Assembly (NCBI GenBank): GCA_016707525.1
Contig: JADJHP010000001.1
Coordinates: 702,103-766,102, forward strand
DNA from: Ignavibacteriota bacterium
Lineage (GTDB): Bacteria > Bacteroidota > Ignavibacteria > UBA10030 > UBA6906
Direction: 5' to 3'
DNA: 64,000 nucleotides
Shown here piece by piece: positions 38,753 through 49,463 of the stretch (the stretch's first letter is position 1; each line of letters starts with the position of its first letter). A model generated the notes under the pieces. It saw only the letters and a list, made by a program, of their open reading frames with translations. It was not told the origin of the DNA and did not search any database. The position numbers were made by a program, and so were the translations under genes.

Positions 38753-39688
38753 TCAGGCCGCAGGCAATGCGAGCACTTCTGACGCAGTGCCCGGCCGGGT
38801 GGCCGTGCCCCCATCGATGCCCTGTCCCGGCCGATCGATCCGCGCCGGCAACGTGAGGGCCGCACCCGCAGGCTTCGCAGCCTTGTCCATCTCTTCGTAG
38901 TTCAATTCCGATCCCAGCACACTGTGCGGGATCAGGAAGACGATCAGCGTCACGACCGCCGCGCCGAACGCCCATCGCGCAGAATGCTTCCCCCGGTGGA
39001 ACATGGCGACGGCCACGCCCCATGCCAGGAACGCGACAAGGGTCTTGTTGTCCGTCATATCATGTCCGAACGGCCACCCCGTCCAGTAGGCATCAAAAGC
39101 GTACTTCTGTACGATCGGCCCGAGGATCAACCCACCGATACCCATCAGGACAAGCGTCACATACATCATCTGCTTCAGGTTCTTGCCGGTCCCCCACAAT
39201 TCCAATCCCGCCCTCACCGAGAACAGCATGCTGAGGAACATCACGGCGACATGCGTGACAAGGACCGCCGCGGGCACATCGCCGCGGAACCGGATGACCA
39301 CGCCACCTTCAACGGGCAACTGCACGTTCGTCTCACCTGATCGCAGGGTGACCCTGTAATCCAACTTCCCTGCCGGGGGCTGGTGCGGAAGACTCGCGAC
39401 GAGCGCACCGTTCTCCTGTGTCATCTCCACCGCCATCCACGGATCGTTCGTCTTGTGGCGCTTCCATGCGAGCGTGCCCGTCGCCGGAACAGCACCGGTC
39501 GTGATGCGGACCTCCTGATCCCCATCGCCGCCGTGACTGCGGGGAAGCGAGTATGCGATCGATCCTCCCCGGAGGTCGGCCGTTCCCGAGAGCGGGTACG
39601 TCGGCCCCGTCCTCCGCTGATAGATGCCGGATGCCACGGTCACAACCACGGCAAGGGTCCAGAATACCACTGTCCTCATGACCATCAT
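38753..39688 (-). CDS. Hypothetical polytopic membrane protein.
   Basis: Start at MMVMRTVVFWTLAVVV. Several predicted TM helices with a periplasmic beta-rich segment. No family recognised. Confidence 0.4.
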   Translation of the reverse strand: MMVMRTVVFWTLAVVVTVASGIYQRRTGPTYPLSGTADLRGGSIAYSLPRSHGGDGDQEVRITTGAVPATGTLAWKRHKTNDPWMAVEMTQENGALVASLPHQPPAGKLDYRVTLRSGETNVQLPVEGGVVIRFRGDVPAAVLVTHVAVMFLSMLFSVRAGLELWGTGKNLKQMMYVTLVLMGIGGLILGPIVQKYAFDAYWTGWPFGHDMTDNKTLVAFLAWGVAVAMFHRGKHSARWAFGAAVVTLIVFLIPHSVLGSELNYEEMDKAAKPAGAALTLPARIDRPGQGIDGGTATRPGTASEVLALPAA

Positions 39689-39693
39689 TCTTC

Positions 39694-41088
39694 CTAGAGA
39701 TTGAAGTACATTTTGTATTCGAAGGGATGAGGCATCGTCCCGATCGACTTGATCTCCTGCTCCTTCAACTTCACCCACTGGTCGATGAGTTCCTGGCTGA
39801 AGACGCTTCCCTGCTTGAGGAACTCCTGGTCGGCCGCGAGGGCATCGAGCGCCTCATCCAGGTTGCGCGGAAGGAACTGGATATGCTCGCGCGCTGAATC
39901 GTCCTGGATGTTCTTGTCGAACGGCCCGTACCCCTCTTTCACCGGATCGATCTTCTTGCGTATGCCGTCGAGCCCCGCGAGGAGCATGGCCGACAGGCAG
40001 AGATACGGATTCGCGGTGGCGTCCGGCGGACGATATTCGAAGCGCGTCTCCGCCGGATTGGACACATACTTCGGGATGCGGATCGCCGAGGCACGGTTCC
40101 CCATGCCGTAGGTGAGGGCGACAGGAGCTTCGAAGCCTGGCACAAGGCGCTTGTACGAGTTCGTGGAAGGGTTGGTGAATGCCGACAGCGCGGGGGCATG
40201 CTTGAGCAACCCGCCGATGAAGTGCCGTCCGAGGGCGTTCACGTTCCCGTACTCCCCTTTCTGGTAGAAGGCATTCTTTCCATCCTTCGTGAGGAAGAGG
40301 TGCAGGTGCATCCCGTTCCCCGCCTGCTGGTACATCGGCTTCGGCATGAACGTGATGAAGAGGTCGCGCTGTCGCGCGAAGTTGAACAGCGCGTACTTCG
40401 CGGTGATGATATTGTCCGCGGTCGTGAGCAGATCGGCGAAGTGTGTCTCGATCTCCTGCTGTCCGCGTTCACCCGTCTCGTGGTGATGATATTTCACCTT
40501 GATCCCGAAACGCTTGAGCAGCGCGCAGGCATCGTCGCGGAAATCGTCATAGACATCGAACGGATTCGCGGCATGATATGCGTTCTTGAAGAACTCTTCG
40601 GCGTGCTCCACCTCATAGAAGGAAGAAGAGGTGCGGGTGTCGAAGCGCACACGCGAGAAGATGTAGAACTCGAATTCCGGACCCCAGAGAGACGTATCGA
40701 CGCCGACAGCATCACGCAGAAGCTGCTCGGCCTTCACGGCCAGCGCCCGTCCGTCCTGCGAGAACGGCGTGCGGGCCTCATCGGTGAGGAAGATATTCGC
40801 ATAGAAGCTCAGCGTGGGCATGGTACGAAAGGGATCCAGGACCGCGGTCTTCAGGTCGGGGATCATGATCATATCGCTGTTCTCGACCTTCCGGAATCCG
40901 TAACTCGATCCATCGAACCCGACACCTTCATTGAGCAAGCGTTGAAGGAGGCCCGGGTGGACCGGGAGTGAAATGTGGTGCAGTGCACCGGTAAGGTCGA
41001 TGCACTTCAGATCGATCATCTCGATCTTGTGGCGCTTGATGAGCGCATTGCATTCCTGCACGAGGCGTTGTGACATGGGGATCTCCAC
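39694..41088 (-). CDS. glnA: Glutamine synthetase, type I.
   Basis: Motifs KPMYQQAGNGMHLHLFL, NSYKRLVPGFEAPV, ANPYLCLSAMLLAGLDGI and C-terminal TMPHPFEYKMYFNL parallel E. coli GlnA. Confidence 0.9.
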   Translation of the reverse strand: MEIPMSQRLVQECNALIKRHKIEMIDLKCIDLTGALHHISLPVHPGLLQRLLNEGVGFDGSSYGFRKVENSDMIMIPDLKTAVLDPFRTMPTLSFYANIFLTDEARTPFSQDGRALAVKAEQLLRDAVGVDTSLWGPEFEFYIFSRVRFDTRTSSSFYEVEHAEEFFKNAYHAANPFDVYDDFRDDACALLKRFGIKVKYHHHETGERGQQEIETHFADLLTTADNIITAKYALFNFARQRDLFITFMPKPMYQQAGNGMHLHLFLTKDGKNAFYQKGEYGNVNALGRHFIGGLLKHAPALSAFTNPSTNSYKRLVPGFEAPVALTYGMGNRASAIRIPKYVSNPAETRFEYRPPDATANPYLCLSAMLLAGLDGIRKKIDPVKEGYGPFDKNIQDDSAREHIQFLPRNLDEALDALAADQEFLKQGSVFSQELIDQWVKLKEQEIKSIGTMPHPFEYKMYFNL

Positions 41089-41129
41089 TGGGGGGTTGCA
41101 GCAGAACAGGCGTTACCGGTGGGATAATA

Positions 41130-41167
41130 TACGCAAAAAACCGGCCCCCGCCAAGGCGGAGGCCGGT
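41130..41167 (-). terminator. Rho-independent terminator downstream of the vWA lipoprotein gene.
   Basis: Hairpin aaccggcc-cccgccaaggcggag-ggccggtt. On the minus strand it is followed by UUUUUUGCG. Confidence 0.5.
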
Positions 41168-41193
41168 TTCGGGCTCAGCGTCCCGCCTCCTTC

Positions 41194-42234
41194 TTACGGC
41201 ATGGTGTAGGTCCGTGTGAAGGTCGAGGTGAATCCGCTATGCGTGATGGTGATGATGACGCTCACCTGCGTGCCGGCCGGCGGCAGACCCGTGCCCGGCC
41301 AATTGATCGTGATGGCGTACGCGTTGGACAACTGTCCGCTGATACGCTGATAGACCTGGACCAGCTGGGCCGGATTCGGCGCGTAGAAGTAGAACCCGCC
41401 TGTGCTGTCGGCGATCTGGACCAGATCCCGCTCCGAGCTGTAGGCACCCGGAGGTGTCGAGTGATAGGCGCTGTCGAAGAGTCCGACCGTATAGACCGGG
41501 ATCGCATTCCGCCGCGACGCGCGGAAGATCGAATCCCGCGGGACATTCGAGTCGTTCTCACCACCGTCGGTGAACGCGACCACGGCACGGGCGTAGCTCG
41601 AGGAGGACTGCCCGGATGCGTCGATCAGTCCGCGGACGATGGAGCTGTACAGCGCGGTCAGATTGCGGTCGAACGACAGGGTGTCCGCGGCCCGCAACAG
41701 CAGGTTCTTGTCGGACGTGAACGGCTGGACGACGGACACCTGTGCGAGGTCACCGAACTTGATGATCTCGGCGCGGTCCGAGGTGCCCATGGCCGTGACG
41801 AACGTCTTCACGGCGGTCTCCATATTCTTGATCGTCACATACTTCCTCGCAACAGAGTCATATGCACCGTAGTACATGCTGCCGCTGTAATCCATGGTCA
41901 TGGCGACGGCGATATTCTTGCCGGATTGCGACAGCGTCTGCAGAATGATGGTGCCGGTGAGTGAGTCGGCAACCGTCACCTTCGCCGTCCCCCAACGCAA
42001 GCGAGCGGTGATGTTCGACGAGGTCAGACCGGTGATCGCGTTCCCATCCTGATCGGTCACGAACAATGTACCCTGGGCCTGCGTACGCGAGGTCGGCGCC
42101 AGCGTACCGTTCGCGGAGATCGAGGTCGTCGCCGGCCCCGACGGGCCGTCGTCATCTTTCGAACATCCGCCTATGGTGAAGAGCAGACCGGTGACCAGGA
42201 CCGCGAACAACAGCATGAGCCAAATCTTCTTCAT
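41194..42234 (-). CDS. von Willebrand factor type A (vWA) domain lipoprotein.
   Basis: Lipobox LFTIGGCS after MKKIWLMLLFAVLVTG. MIDAS motif DYSGSM and vWA core (AFTDGGENDSN). Confidence 0.6.
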   Translation of the reverse strand: MKKIWLMLLFAVLVTGLLFTIGGCSKDDDGPSGPATTSISANGTLAPTSRTQAQGTLFVTDQDGNAITGLTSSNITARLRWGTAKVTVADSLTGTIILQTLSQSGKNIAVAMTMDYSGSMYYGAYDSVARKYVTIKNMETAVKTFVTAMGTSDRAEIIKFGDLAQVSVVQPFTSDKNLLLRAADTLSFDRNLTALYSSIVRGLIDASGQSSSSYARAVVAFTDGGENDSNVPRDSIFRASRRNAIPVYTVGLFDSAYHSTPPGAYSSERDLVQIADSTGGFYFYAPNPAQLVQVYQRISGQLSNAYAITINWPGTGLPPAGTQVSVIITITHSGFTSTFTRTYTMP

Positions 42235-42565
42235 GGATACGACCTCCAGGTGTGGTTGAGCGTGGTAGCTGACGGTGTCCCCCTGCATCTCGCTTCATCC
42301 TTGCAAGCGGAGTGCCAACTGTATGTCCAGAGATACTTCACAGTTTTGACATGTTCGGGCATGGAGAACCCCGACCCTGCGTGTTCTATCATGCAGGAGG
42401 TCACAATTGGCCACTCGCGCGAGCGTTGAAAGTCTCAACACCCGCACCCGGACCGGGCATCGCGGCACGGTTGCTTCCCAGAGTCGATTTCGGTAACTTC
42501 GGTCACTGGTACCCCGTTCTTCTACCCTTCACAATTTGCTCTCCCAGTTCCAAACCCAAGTCATC

Positions 42566-42571
42566 AGGAGG
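42566..42571 (+). promoter_or_regulatory. Shine-Dalgarno AGGAGG for the aminotransferase gene.
   Basis: AGGAGG sits 11 nt upstream of ATG 42583. Confidence 0.5.
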
Positions 42572-42582
42572 CGAACGTACGC

Positions 42583-43800
42583 ATGAGCATCAGTCAATTG
42601 GCACGATCCATCGCCGAAAGCCCGACCCTCGCGCTCAATGAACAGGCCCGGCTGCTCCGGGAGCGTGGCGAAGCGGTCATCCATCTCGGCGCCGGAGAAC
42701 CGAAGAACCGCGCGCCGATCAACGCGATCCTGAGTTCTGCAGCGAAGCTGAACACCGGCGACATCAAGTACACGCCCACCGAGGGCATTCCCTCGCTCCG
42801 CAAAGCGATCATCCGGTACACGGAAGAGAACTACGACCGGATCGCCGCACCCGAGAACATCCTGGTCTCCGCCGGCGCGAAGCAGGCACTCTTCAATCTC
42901 CTCTTCACCATCGTCAACCCCCAGGAAGAAGTGATCGTCCTCGCCCCCTACTGGGTCAGCTATCCCGAGATGATCAAGATGGTGTACGGCGTGCCGGTGA
43001 TCGTAACGCCCGAGGATGGCAAGTTCATTCCGCGCATGGCGGACATCGAGCGCGCGGTCAGTTCCTACACCAAGGCCATCATCGTGAACAGCCCGAACAA
43101 CCCGTCGGGTGCGGTGTATCCGGCGGAACTGATCGGACAACTTGTCGAGCTGTGCGAACGCAAGGGCATCTATCTCATCATGGACGATATCTATCACCGT
43201 CTGGTGTTCGATGGGAAGCGTACCACGTCCGCCTATAGCTGCACCACGAAGGACCTCGACTCGACCAAGGTCATTTCGATCAACGGCATCTCGAAGCTGT
43301 ACGGCATGACCGGGTTCCGGATCGGCTGGGTCGTTGCTCCCCGGAAGATCGTGGAGGTCATGACCAACGTCCAGGCACAGACCACCTCCTGTACCTCCGT
43401 GATCCTGCAGGCCGCGGCCGAAGGTGCCCTCATCGGCCTCCAGAGCGTGGTGGAGACGCTGCGCATGACGCTGGAGAACAACCGGAACGTGATGATCCAG
43501 GAGTTGCGGGCGTTCAACGGCATCCATATCACACCGCCGGAGGGAACATACTACTGCCTGCCGGACTTCCGCGCCTACAATAAGAGCTCCGTCGAGCTCT
43601 CCCAGTTCCTCCTCAAGAAGGCCCTCGTGGTCACCGTCCCGGGCAAGGAGTTCGGCATGGAGGGTCACCTCCGGTTGAGCTATGCCACCACGGTGAAGGA
43701 TATCAAGCAGGGCATCGAGCGGATCAAGTGGGCACTCGACCCGACCGCTCCGAACGAGATCTACATCGGCGAACGCAAAATGACACGGGACTGGCTATGA
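42583..43800 (+). CDS. PLP-dependent aminotransferase class I/II (aspartate aminotransferase-like).
   Basis: [11 protein letters not shown] and the Lys region ...[18 protein letters not shown], typical of AAT family Ib. Confidence 0.8.
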   Translation: MSISQLARSIAESPTLALNEQARLLRERGEAVIHLGAGEPKNRAPINAILSSAAKLNTGDIKYTPTEGIPSLRKAIIRYTEENYDRIAAPENILVSAGAKQALFNLLFTIVNPQEEVIVLAPYWVSYPEMIKMVYGVPVIVTPEDGKFIPRMADIERAVSSYTKAIIVNSPNNPSGAVYPAELIGQLVELCERKGIYLIMDDIYHRLVFDGKRTTSAYSCTTKDLDSTKVISINGISKLYGMTGFRIGWVVAPRKIVEVMTNVQAQTTSCTSVILQAAAEGALIGLQSVVETLRMTLENNRNVMIQELRAFNGIHITPPEGTYYCLPDFRAYNKSSVELSQFLLKKALVVTVPGKEFGMEGHLRLSYATTVKDIKQGIERIKWALDPTAPNEIYIGERKMTRDWL

Positions 43801-45435
43801 ACAACATTCTGGATATCAAGACCCCGGCACAGGGCGAGGCCTCCGCGGTCAAGAGCGACTTCGGCCTCGACTCCCACGGGCTCAGCAATCTGCGCATGGC
43901 CTACTGGAACCTCCCCACGGAGGCGCTGTACGAAGAGATCACCTTCCGCCGCGAAGCGCGCATCGCACAGAACGGCCCGATCATTGTGAATACCGGGAAA
44001 CACACGGCGCGGTCCGCCAACGATAAGTTCGTCGTGCGCGAACCGTCGACCGAGGACCACATCTGGTGGGGCGAGTACAACCGGCCGTTCAACCCCGACA
44101 AGTTCAACGACCTGTACAACCGGCTGCAGGGGTTCCTCCAGGGGCGGGACGTCTTCGTGCAGGACTGCTACGCGGGTGCCGATCCGAACTACCGCCTGCC
44201 GGTGCGCATCATCACCGAGTACGCGTGGCACAGCCACTTCGCGCGGAACATGTTCCTCATGCCCGCCACGAACGAAGAGCTGCGGCGCCATGTGCCCGAG
44301 TTCACCGTCATCGCTGTACCGTCGTTCAAAGGCATCCCGCAGATCGACAGCACGGCGACGAACACCTTCATCGTGGTGAACTTCGCGCAGAAGCTCTGCA
44401 TCATCGGCAACACCGGGTATGCCGGCGAGATCAAGAAGTCCGTCTTCACGATCCTCAACTACCTCCTCCCCCTTCAGACGGTGATGCCGATGCATTGTTC
44501 GGCGAACATCGGGCCGGAGGGGGACACCGCGTTGTTCTTCGGGCTCTCCGGCACCGGGAAGACCACACTCTCGGCAGATCCCGGGCGGCGGCTGATCGGC
44601 GACGACGAGCACGGGTGGAGTGACGACGGCGTGTTCAACTTCGAAGGCGGATGCTACGCGAAGGTGATCCAGCTCTCCGCGCAGGCCGAACCCGAGATCT
44701 ATGCAGCGACGCACCGGTTCGGCACGGTGCTCGAGAACGTCGTGTATGACCCGGTCACGCGCATCATCGACCTCGATGACGAATCGCTGACGGAGAATAC
44801 GCGTGCCTCGTATCCTCTGGACTTCATCGCGAACGCGGTGCCGGAGAAGATGGGCGGGCATCCGAAGAACATCATCCTCCTCACCTGCGATGCATCGGGG
44901 GTGATGCCGCCGATCGCAAAGCTCACGCCCGACCAGGCGCTGTATCAGTTCATTTCGGGGTACACATCGAAGATCGCCGGGACCGAGGTGGGGTTGAGCA
45001 AGGAACCGGAGATGACCTTCAGCACCTGTTTCGGTGCGCCGTTCATGGTGCACCGCCCGGCGTTCTACGCTGATCTGCTGAAACGGAAGATCCTCCGGCA
45101 TGGGGCGACCTGCTGGCTGGTGAACACGGGATGGATCGGCGGGCCGTACGGCATCGGCAAGCGCATCAGCATCAGGTACACGCGCGCTGCTGAACGCAGC
45201 ATTGAGCGGGAAGCTGCTCGATGTGCCGTACACGGTCGACCCCGTATTCGGATTCAGCGTGCCGCAGCAGTGCGACGGCGTCCCGGAGTCCATCCTGAAC
45301 CCCTCGGGTTCATGGCCGGACAAGAACGAGTATATGCGCAGATACAAGGAACTCGCCACGCGGTTCGTGGAGAATTTCAAGAAGTACGAAGACGGGTGCC
45401 CGGCAGAAGTGAAAGCAGCAGGTCCCCGGAAATAG
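43797..45435 (+). CDS. pckA: Phosphoenolpyruvate carboxykinase (ATP), with a 1-nt frameshift near 45183..45190 separating the last ~80 aa.
   Basis: Kinase-1a [33 protein letters not shown] and [25 protein letters not shown]. The conserved C-terminus [26 protein letters not shown]... continues in the +1 frame (ORF 45202..45435). Confidence 0.8.
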
Positions 45436-45574
45436 ACGGAGCAGACAACAGGATCGTAGCGCAACTGCTGCCGGTCCGGCCGTGACGCAGAAGGGCGAGA
45501 GAACCCACACGTTCTCTCGCCCTTCTCATTCTCCGGCACAGATGCCGATGTCCCGGTCGCTGGCCTGTGGGCCG

Positions 45575-47050
45575 CTACCTCTTCCTGCCCCCCAGGATCG
45601 ATCCCAGCACGCCCCGGATCACTTCACGGCCGATCTGCGTGCCGGCGGCGCGGAGTGCGCTCTTCGCCATCGACGCCATGATCGATTCAGGCTCGCGTCC
45701 CCCGCGCGTCTTCGGGAGGGGCACGGGCGCGTCGCCACGCGCCTGCTGCGGTTCCGCCGCGGCCCCGGCCACCCGGGCCCTGAGCTTCTCATACGCCGAT
45801 TCGCGGTCCACCAGTTTCTCGTAGTGGCCGTAGAGCACGGAGCCTTTGATGATCGCCGCACGCTGATCGGGGGTCACCGGCCCGATCTGCCCGTGGGGCG
45901 GACACACGAGGGCACGTTCCACGACGCCCGGCGTTCCCTTCGCATCGAGGAACGATACAAGTGCTTCACCGACGCCGAGTTCCATGATGGCCTTCTCCAC
46001 ATCGAGCCCGGGGTTGGCCCGGAACGTTTCTGCCGCCGCCCTCACAGCCTTCTGGTCGCGCGGTGTGAACGCCCGAAGCGCATGTTGCACCCTGTTCCCG
46101 AGCTGCCCGAGAACGACGTCGGGGATGTCGAGCGGGTTCTGGCTGATGAAGTAGACGCCGACACCTTTTGAGCGGACGAGCCGGACGACCTGCTCGATCT
46201 TGGTGAGCAGCGGCTTCGGCGCATCGTTGAACAACAGATGGGCCTCGTCGAAGAAGAACACCAGCTTCGGCTTGTCGGCATCCCCCACTTCCGGCAGGCG
46301 TTCGAACAACTCCGCGAGCATCCAGAGAAGGAAGGTCGCATAGAGTTGCGGCGAGAGAAGGAGTTTGTCCGCGGCGAGAATGTTGATGATCCCGCGCCCC
46401 TTGGTGTCGGTCTGGATCAGGTCTTCCAGGTCAAGCGCGGGCTCGCCGAAGAACGTGTCCCCGCCCTGCTCCTCCAGTCCGAGCAAACCGCGCTGGATGG
46501 TACCGATACTGGCGGCCGACACGTTGCCGTAGCTTGTCTTGTACTCGGACGCATTGTTGCCCACGTGTTCGAGCATCGCGCGCAGGTCCTTGAGATCGAG
46601 CAGCAACAACCCGTTATCATCGGCGATCTTGAAGACCATGGTGAGCACACCCGACTGCGTATCGTTCAGCGCGAGGAGGCGCGACAGCAGCATCGGCCCC
46701 ATCTCGGAGATGGTGGCACGGACCGGGTGGCCCTGCTCGCCGAACACATCCCAGAAGACCGCCGGTGAGGCGGCATACGCAAAGTCCTGCAGGCCGAGCT
46801 GTTTGATGCGCTCCTCGATCTTCGGTTTGCTGACGCCTGCCTGCGAGATGCCGGAGAGGTCTCCCTTGACGTCGGCCATGAACACGGGCACACCGATGCG
46901 GCTGAAGTGTTCGGCGAGGACCTGGAGGCTGACCGTCTTTCCGGTTCCTGTCGCGCCGGCGATCAGGCCATGGCGGTTGGCCATCGTGGGGAGGAGAAAG
47001 ACTTCCCTGTCGCCTTTGGCGACCAGGAGGGGTTCGGGTGCGGCACTCAT
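45575..47050 (-). CDS. HerA-like/DUF853-family P-loop ATPase (YjgR-like).
   Basis: Walker [13 protein letters not shown] and Walker [13 protein letters not shown]. Confidence 0.6.
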   Translation of the reverse strand: MSAAPEPLLVAKGDREVFLLPTMANRHGLIAGATGTGKTVSLQVLAEHFSRIGVPVFMADVKGDLSGISQAGVSKPKIEERIKQLGLQDFAYAASPAVFWDVFGEQGHPVRATISEMGPMLLSRLLALNDTQSGVLTMVFKIADDNGLLLLDLKDLRAMLEHVGNNASEYKTSYGNVSAASIGTIQRGLLGLEEQGGDTFFGEPALDLEDLIQTDTKGRGIINILAADKLLLSPQLYATFLLWMLAELFERLPEVGDADKPKLVFFFDEAHLLFNDAPKPLLTKIEQVVRLVRSKGVGVYFISQNPLDIPDVVLGQLGNRVQHALRAFTPRDQKAVRAAAETFRANPGLDVEKAIMELGVGEALVSFLDAKGTPGVVERALVCPPHGQIGPVTPDQRAAIIKGSVLYGHYEKLVDRESAYEKLRARVAGAAAEPQQARGDAPVPLPKTRGGREPESIMASMAKSALRAAGTQIGREVIRGVLGSILGGRKR

Positions 47051-47203
47051 GAATGTTCCTCTGGGGTGGATGTGAGAGAACGCAATATATCAAAGGAGGG
47101 GAAAAAGGCAAAAGGAAAACGGGTGAAGGGGACGAAGGCCCGGAAACGCCGGCCGGACCGGCGCAGTGGGAGTGGCTGAAATGGGGACGGAAGGCCTGAC
47201 GGA

Positions 47204-47246
47204 AGAACGGCGAAGGGCGGAGAACGTTGTGCCGTCTCCGCCCTTC
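47204..47246 (-). terminator. Putative terminator hairpin downstream of yceI.
   Basis: 12-bp perfect stem gaagggcggaga / tctccgcccttc with an 11-nt loop. Only a weak U-tract follows on the minus strand. Confidence 0.35.
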
Positions 47247-47279
47247 ACCTCTGGTCCTGCTCCGGTGTACTGCCGGGGA

Positions 47280-47867
47280 TCACTTCGCCTGTGCGAACTC
47301 CATCAGCAGGGTGATGTCCACGGTCTCGCCCACGACCAGCCCGCCTGCCTCCACGGCCTTGTTCCATTTCACGCCGAAGTCAAAGCGATTGATCGCGGTG
47401 GTCGCCTTGAAGCCGATCTTGGTGTTGCCCCTGGGATCCTTCACGGTACCGGTGTAGCGGGCATTCAGCACCACCGGCTTTGTGACATCGCGGATGGTGA
47501 GGTCGCCCTTGATCACATAGGTATCGGTGCCGGTCTTCTCGAACGACGTGCTCGTGAACGTGATCGCCGGGAACTTGTCGGCATTGAAGAAATCGTCCGA
47601 GCGAAGGTGCTTGTCGCGCCCTTCGTTGTCGGTATTGATGCTGGCGGTCTTGATCGTGGCGGACAGCGAGCTTCCTGCGAAGTCGGCGGTGCCCTTCTGC
47701 GTGAAGGTCACGTCGAACTCGCGGAAATTCCCGGGGACCTCGGCGATGACCATATGGGTGACGGAGAACTTGACCGCGCTGTGGGCATTGTCAAGCTTCC
47801 ACGTGGTCTGGGCAACGGCCCCGCTGATGGCGAGGACGAGGGTGAGGACGGCAAGGATCGTGCGCTG
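47280..47867 (-). CDS. YceI-family periplasmic polyisoprenoid-binding protein.
   Basis: Signal peptide MQRTILAVLTLVLAISGAVAQ. YceI-like domain (WKLDNAHSAVKFSVTHMVIAEVPGNF...). The track ORF has a long, improbable G/P/R-rich N-terminal extension. Confidence 0.75.
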   Translation of the reverse strand, partial: QRTILAVLTLVLAISGAVAQTTWKLDNAHSAVKFSVTHMVIAEVPGNFREFDVTFTQKGTADFAGSSLSATIKTASINTDNEGRDKHLRSDDFFNADKFPAITFTSTSFEKTGTDTYVIKGDLTIRDVTKPVVLNARYTGTVKDPRGNTKIGFKATTAINRFDFGVKWNKAVEAGGLVVGETVDITLLMEFAQAK

Positions 47868-47959
47868 CATAGGCGGCTCCTGAACATGGACGTTGGGGTC
47901 GAGTACCGATATACCTATGGAACGCAGGAGAGGCAAGCGGAAGTTCCCCGCCGGGGCAA

Positions 47960-48436
47960 TTATTTTAAATTTGAAGTAATTCCCTGTTCTTCCGCCCCCC
48001 GGCCGAGCTTCCGCAGCAGGTCCCCCAGGCGTTCCTGTTCCTCGGCGGACAGGACGGAGGCGATCCGCGCCACCGCTTCCGCATGCCGCGGAAAGATCCG
48101 CCGGAACAACCTCGTCCCCCGGGGCGTCAGGGCCACGAAGACCACGCGACGGTCCAGGGTGCTGACCGTCCGCTTGACCAGCCCCACCCGGATGAGATTG
48201 TTCACCACCACGGTGATGTTCCCTCCCGTCGACAGGCTTGTGTGCGCCAGATCGCCCAGCGTCATCCGCCCCTTGTGGCCAAGGGATTCCAGAACGCCGA
48301 ACTGGGCCTGCGTCAGGCCGTACCGCCGGATGTCCCCGGCGGTCAACCTGCTCATCGTCGCGTACGCCCGGGCCAGCTTCACCCACATGCCCAGTGCGCG
48401 GTCCGCCACCTGCCCGTACCTCCCGTTCGATCTCAT
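47960..48436 (-). CDS. MarR-family transcriptional regulator.
   Basis: Winged HTH (LTQAQFGVLESLGHKGRMTLGDLAHTSLSTGGNITVVVNNLIRVGLVKR). Located directly upstream of yceI. Confidence 0.75.
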   Translation of the reverse strand: MRSNGRYGQVADRALGMWVKLARAYATMSRLTAGDIRRYGLTQAQFGVLESLGHKGRMTLGDLAHTSLSTGGNITVVVNNLIRVGLVKRTVSTLDRRVVFVALTPRGTRLFRRIFPRHAEAVARIASVLSAEEQERLGDLLRKLGRGAEEQGITSNLK

Positions 48437-48513
48437 ATCCGATCCTTCTGCTTTACCTGTGGCCTCGCATGACGTTGCATCTCCACGGGATTTTCCCGAA
48501 CTTCCTGAGCACA

Positions 48514-49446
48514 ATGGAGATGACCATGAACATCCTCGTGACCGGAGGCTCCGGCTTCATCGGGAGCCATATCGTTGAACACTATCACCGGAAGGCGTCC
48601 GTAACGGTCCTCGACAGCTTCCGCTCCGGGTTCCGTCACAACCTCGAAGGCTTCAACGTGCGCCTCGTGGAAGGAAGCGTGACGGATGAAACCCTTGTCC
48701 ATCAGCTCATGAAGGGTGTGGACTACGTGTTCCACCTCGCTGCGCTGGTGAGCGTCCCGGAATCCATGGAGAAGCCACGCGAAACGGTGGACATCAACGT
48801 CCGCGGTGCCCTCCATGTCCTGGAAGCGGCGCGCGCAAGCGGCGTGCGCAAGGTCGTGATCTCGTCCTCCGCCGCGATCTACGGCAACAATCCCGTGGTG
48901 CCCAAACTCGAGAGCATGGTCCCCGAGCCGCGCAGCCCGTATGCGATCACCAAACTCGACGATGAGTATTACGCGCGCATGTTCACCGAGGACTGCAATC
49001 AGCCGGTCACCTGCCTCCGGTACTTCAACGTCTTCGGCCCACGCCAGAATCCGAAATCGCAGTACGCTGCCGCCGTTCCCATCTTCATCGACCGCTGTCT
49101 GCGCAATGAGGACCTGGTGATCTACGGCGACGGCGAACAGACCAGAGACTTCATCTACGTCAAGGATATCGTTGCCGCGAACGCGGCCGCCGCAGAAGGG
49201 AATGCCACGGGAGTCTACAACATCGCGTGCGGCAGGAGCATGAGCATCCGCGCGCTCGCCGACACGCTGAAGAAGATCACGGGCTCCTCCAGCCGCATCA
49301 TCCACGCCGAGGAGCGCGCGGGCGACGTGAAACACTCGCTCGCCGATACGACCCGGGCACGCACCCTGCTGGGATTCGCGCCCTCCTTCACCCTGGAAGA
49401 CGGCTTCACGGCGACCATCGACTGGCTGCGCACCCGCCGGGCCTAG
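48514..49446 (+). CDS. NAD-dependent epimerase/dehydratase (UDP-sugar 4-epimerase family).
   Basis: ILVTGGSGFIGSH Rossmann motif; catalytic YAITK; SDR extended-family architecture. Alternative start at 48526. Confidence 0.8.
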   Translation: MEMTMNILVTGGSGFIGSHIVEHYHRKASVTVLDSFRSGFRHNLEGFNVRLVEGSVTDETLVHQLMKGVDYVFHLAALVSVPESMEKPRETVDINVRGALHVLEAARASGVRKVVISSSAAIYGNNPVVPKLESMVPEPRSPYAITKLDDEYYARMFTEDCNQPVTCLRYFNVFGPRQNPKSQYAAAVPIFIDRCLRNEDLVIYGDGEQTRDFIYVKDIVAANAAAAEGNATGVYNIACGRSMSIRALADTLKKITGSSSRIIHAEERAGDVKHSLADTTRARTLLGFAPSFTLEDGFTATIDWLRTRRA

Positions 49447-49463
49447 TCACGATACCTCCGCGA

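Noticed and set aside
47091-47140. 50-nt polypurine tract (aaaggaggggaaaaaggcaaaaggaaaacggg...) upstream of the HerA-like gene
   Set aside because: Probably just the pyrimidine-rich 5' leader/promoter region of the minus-strand gene. No repeat structure or coding potential.
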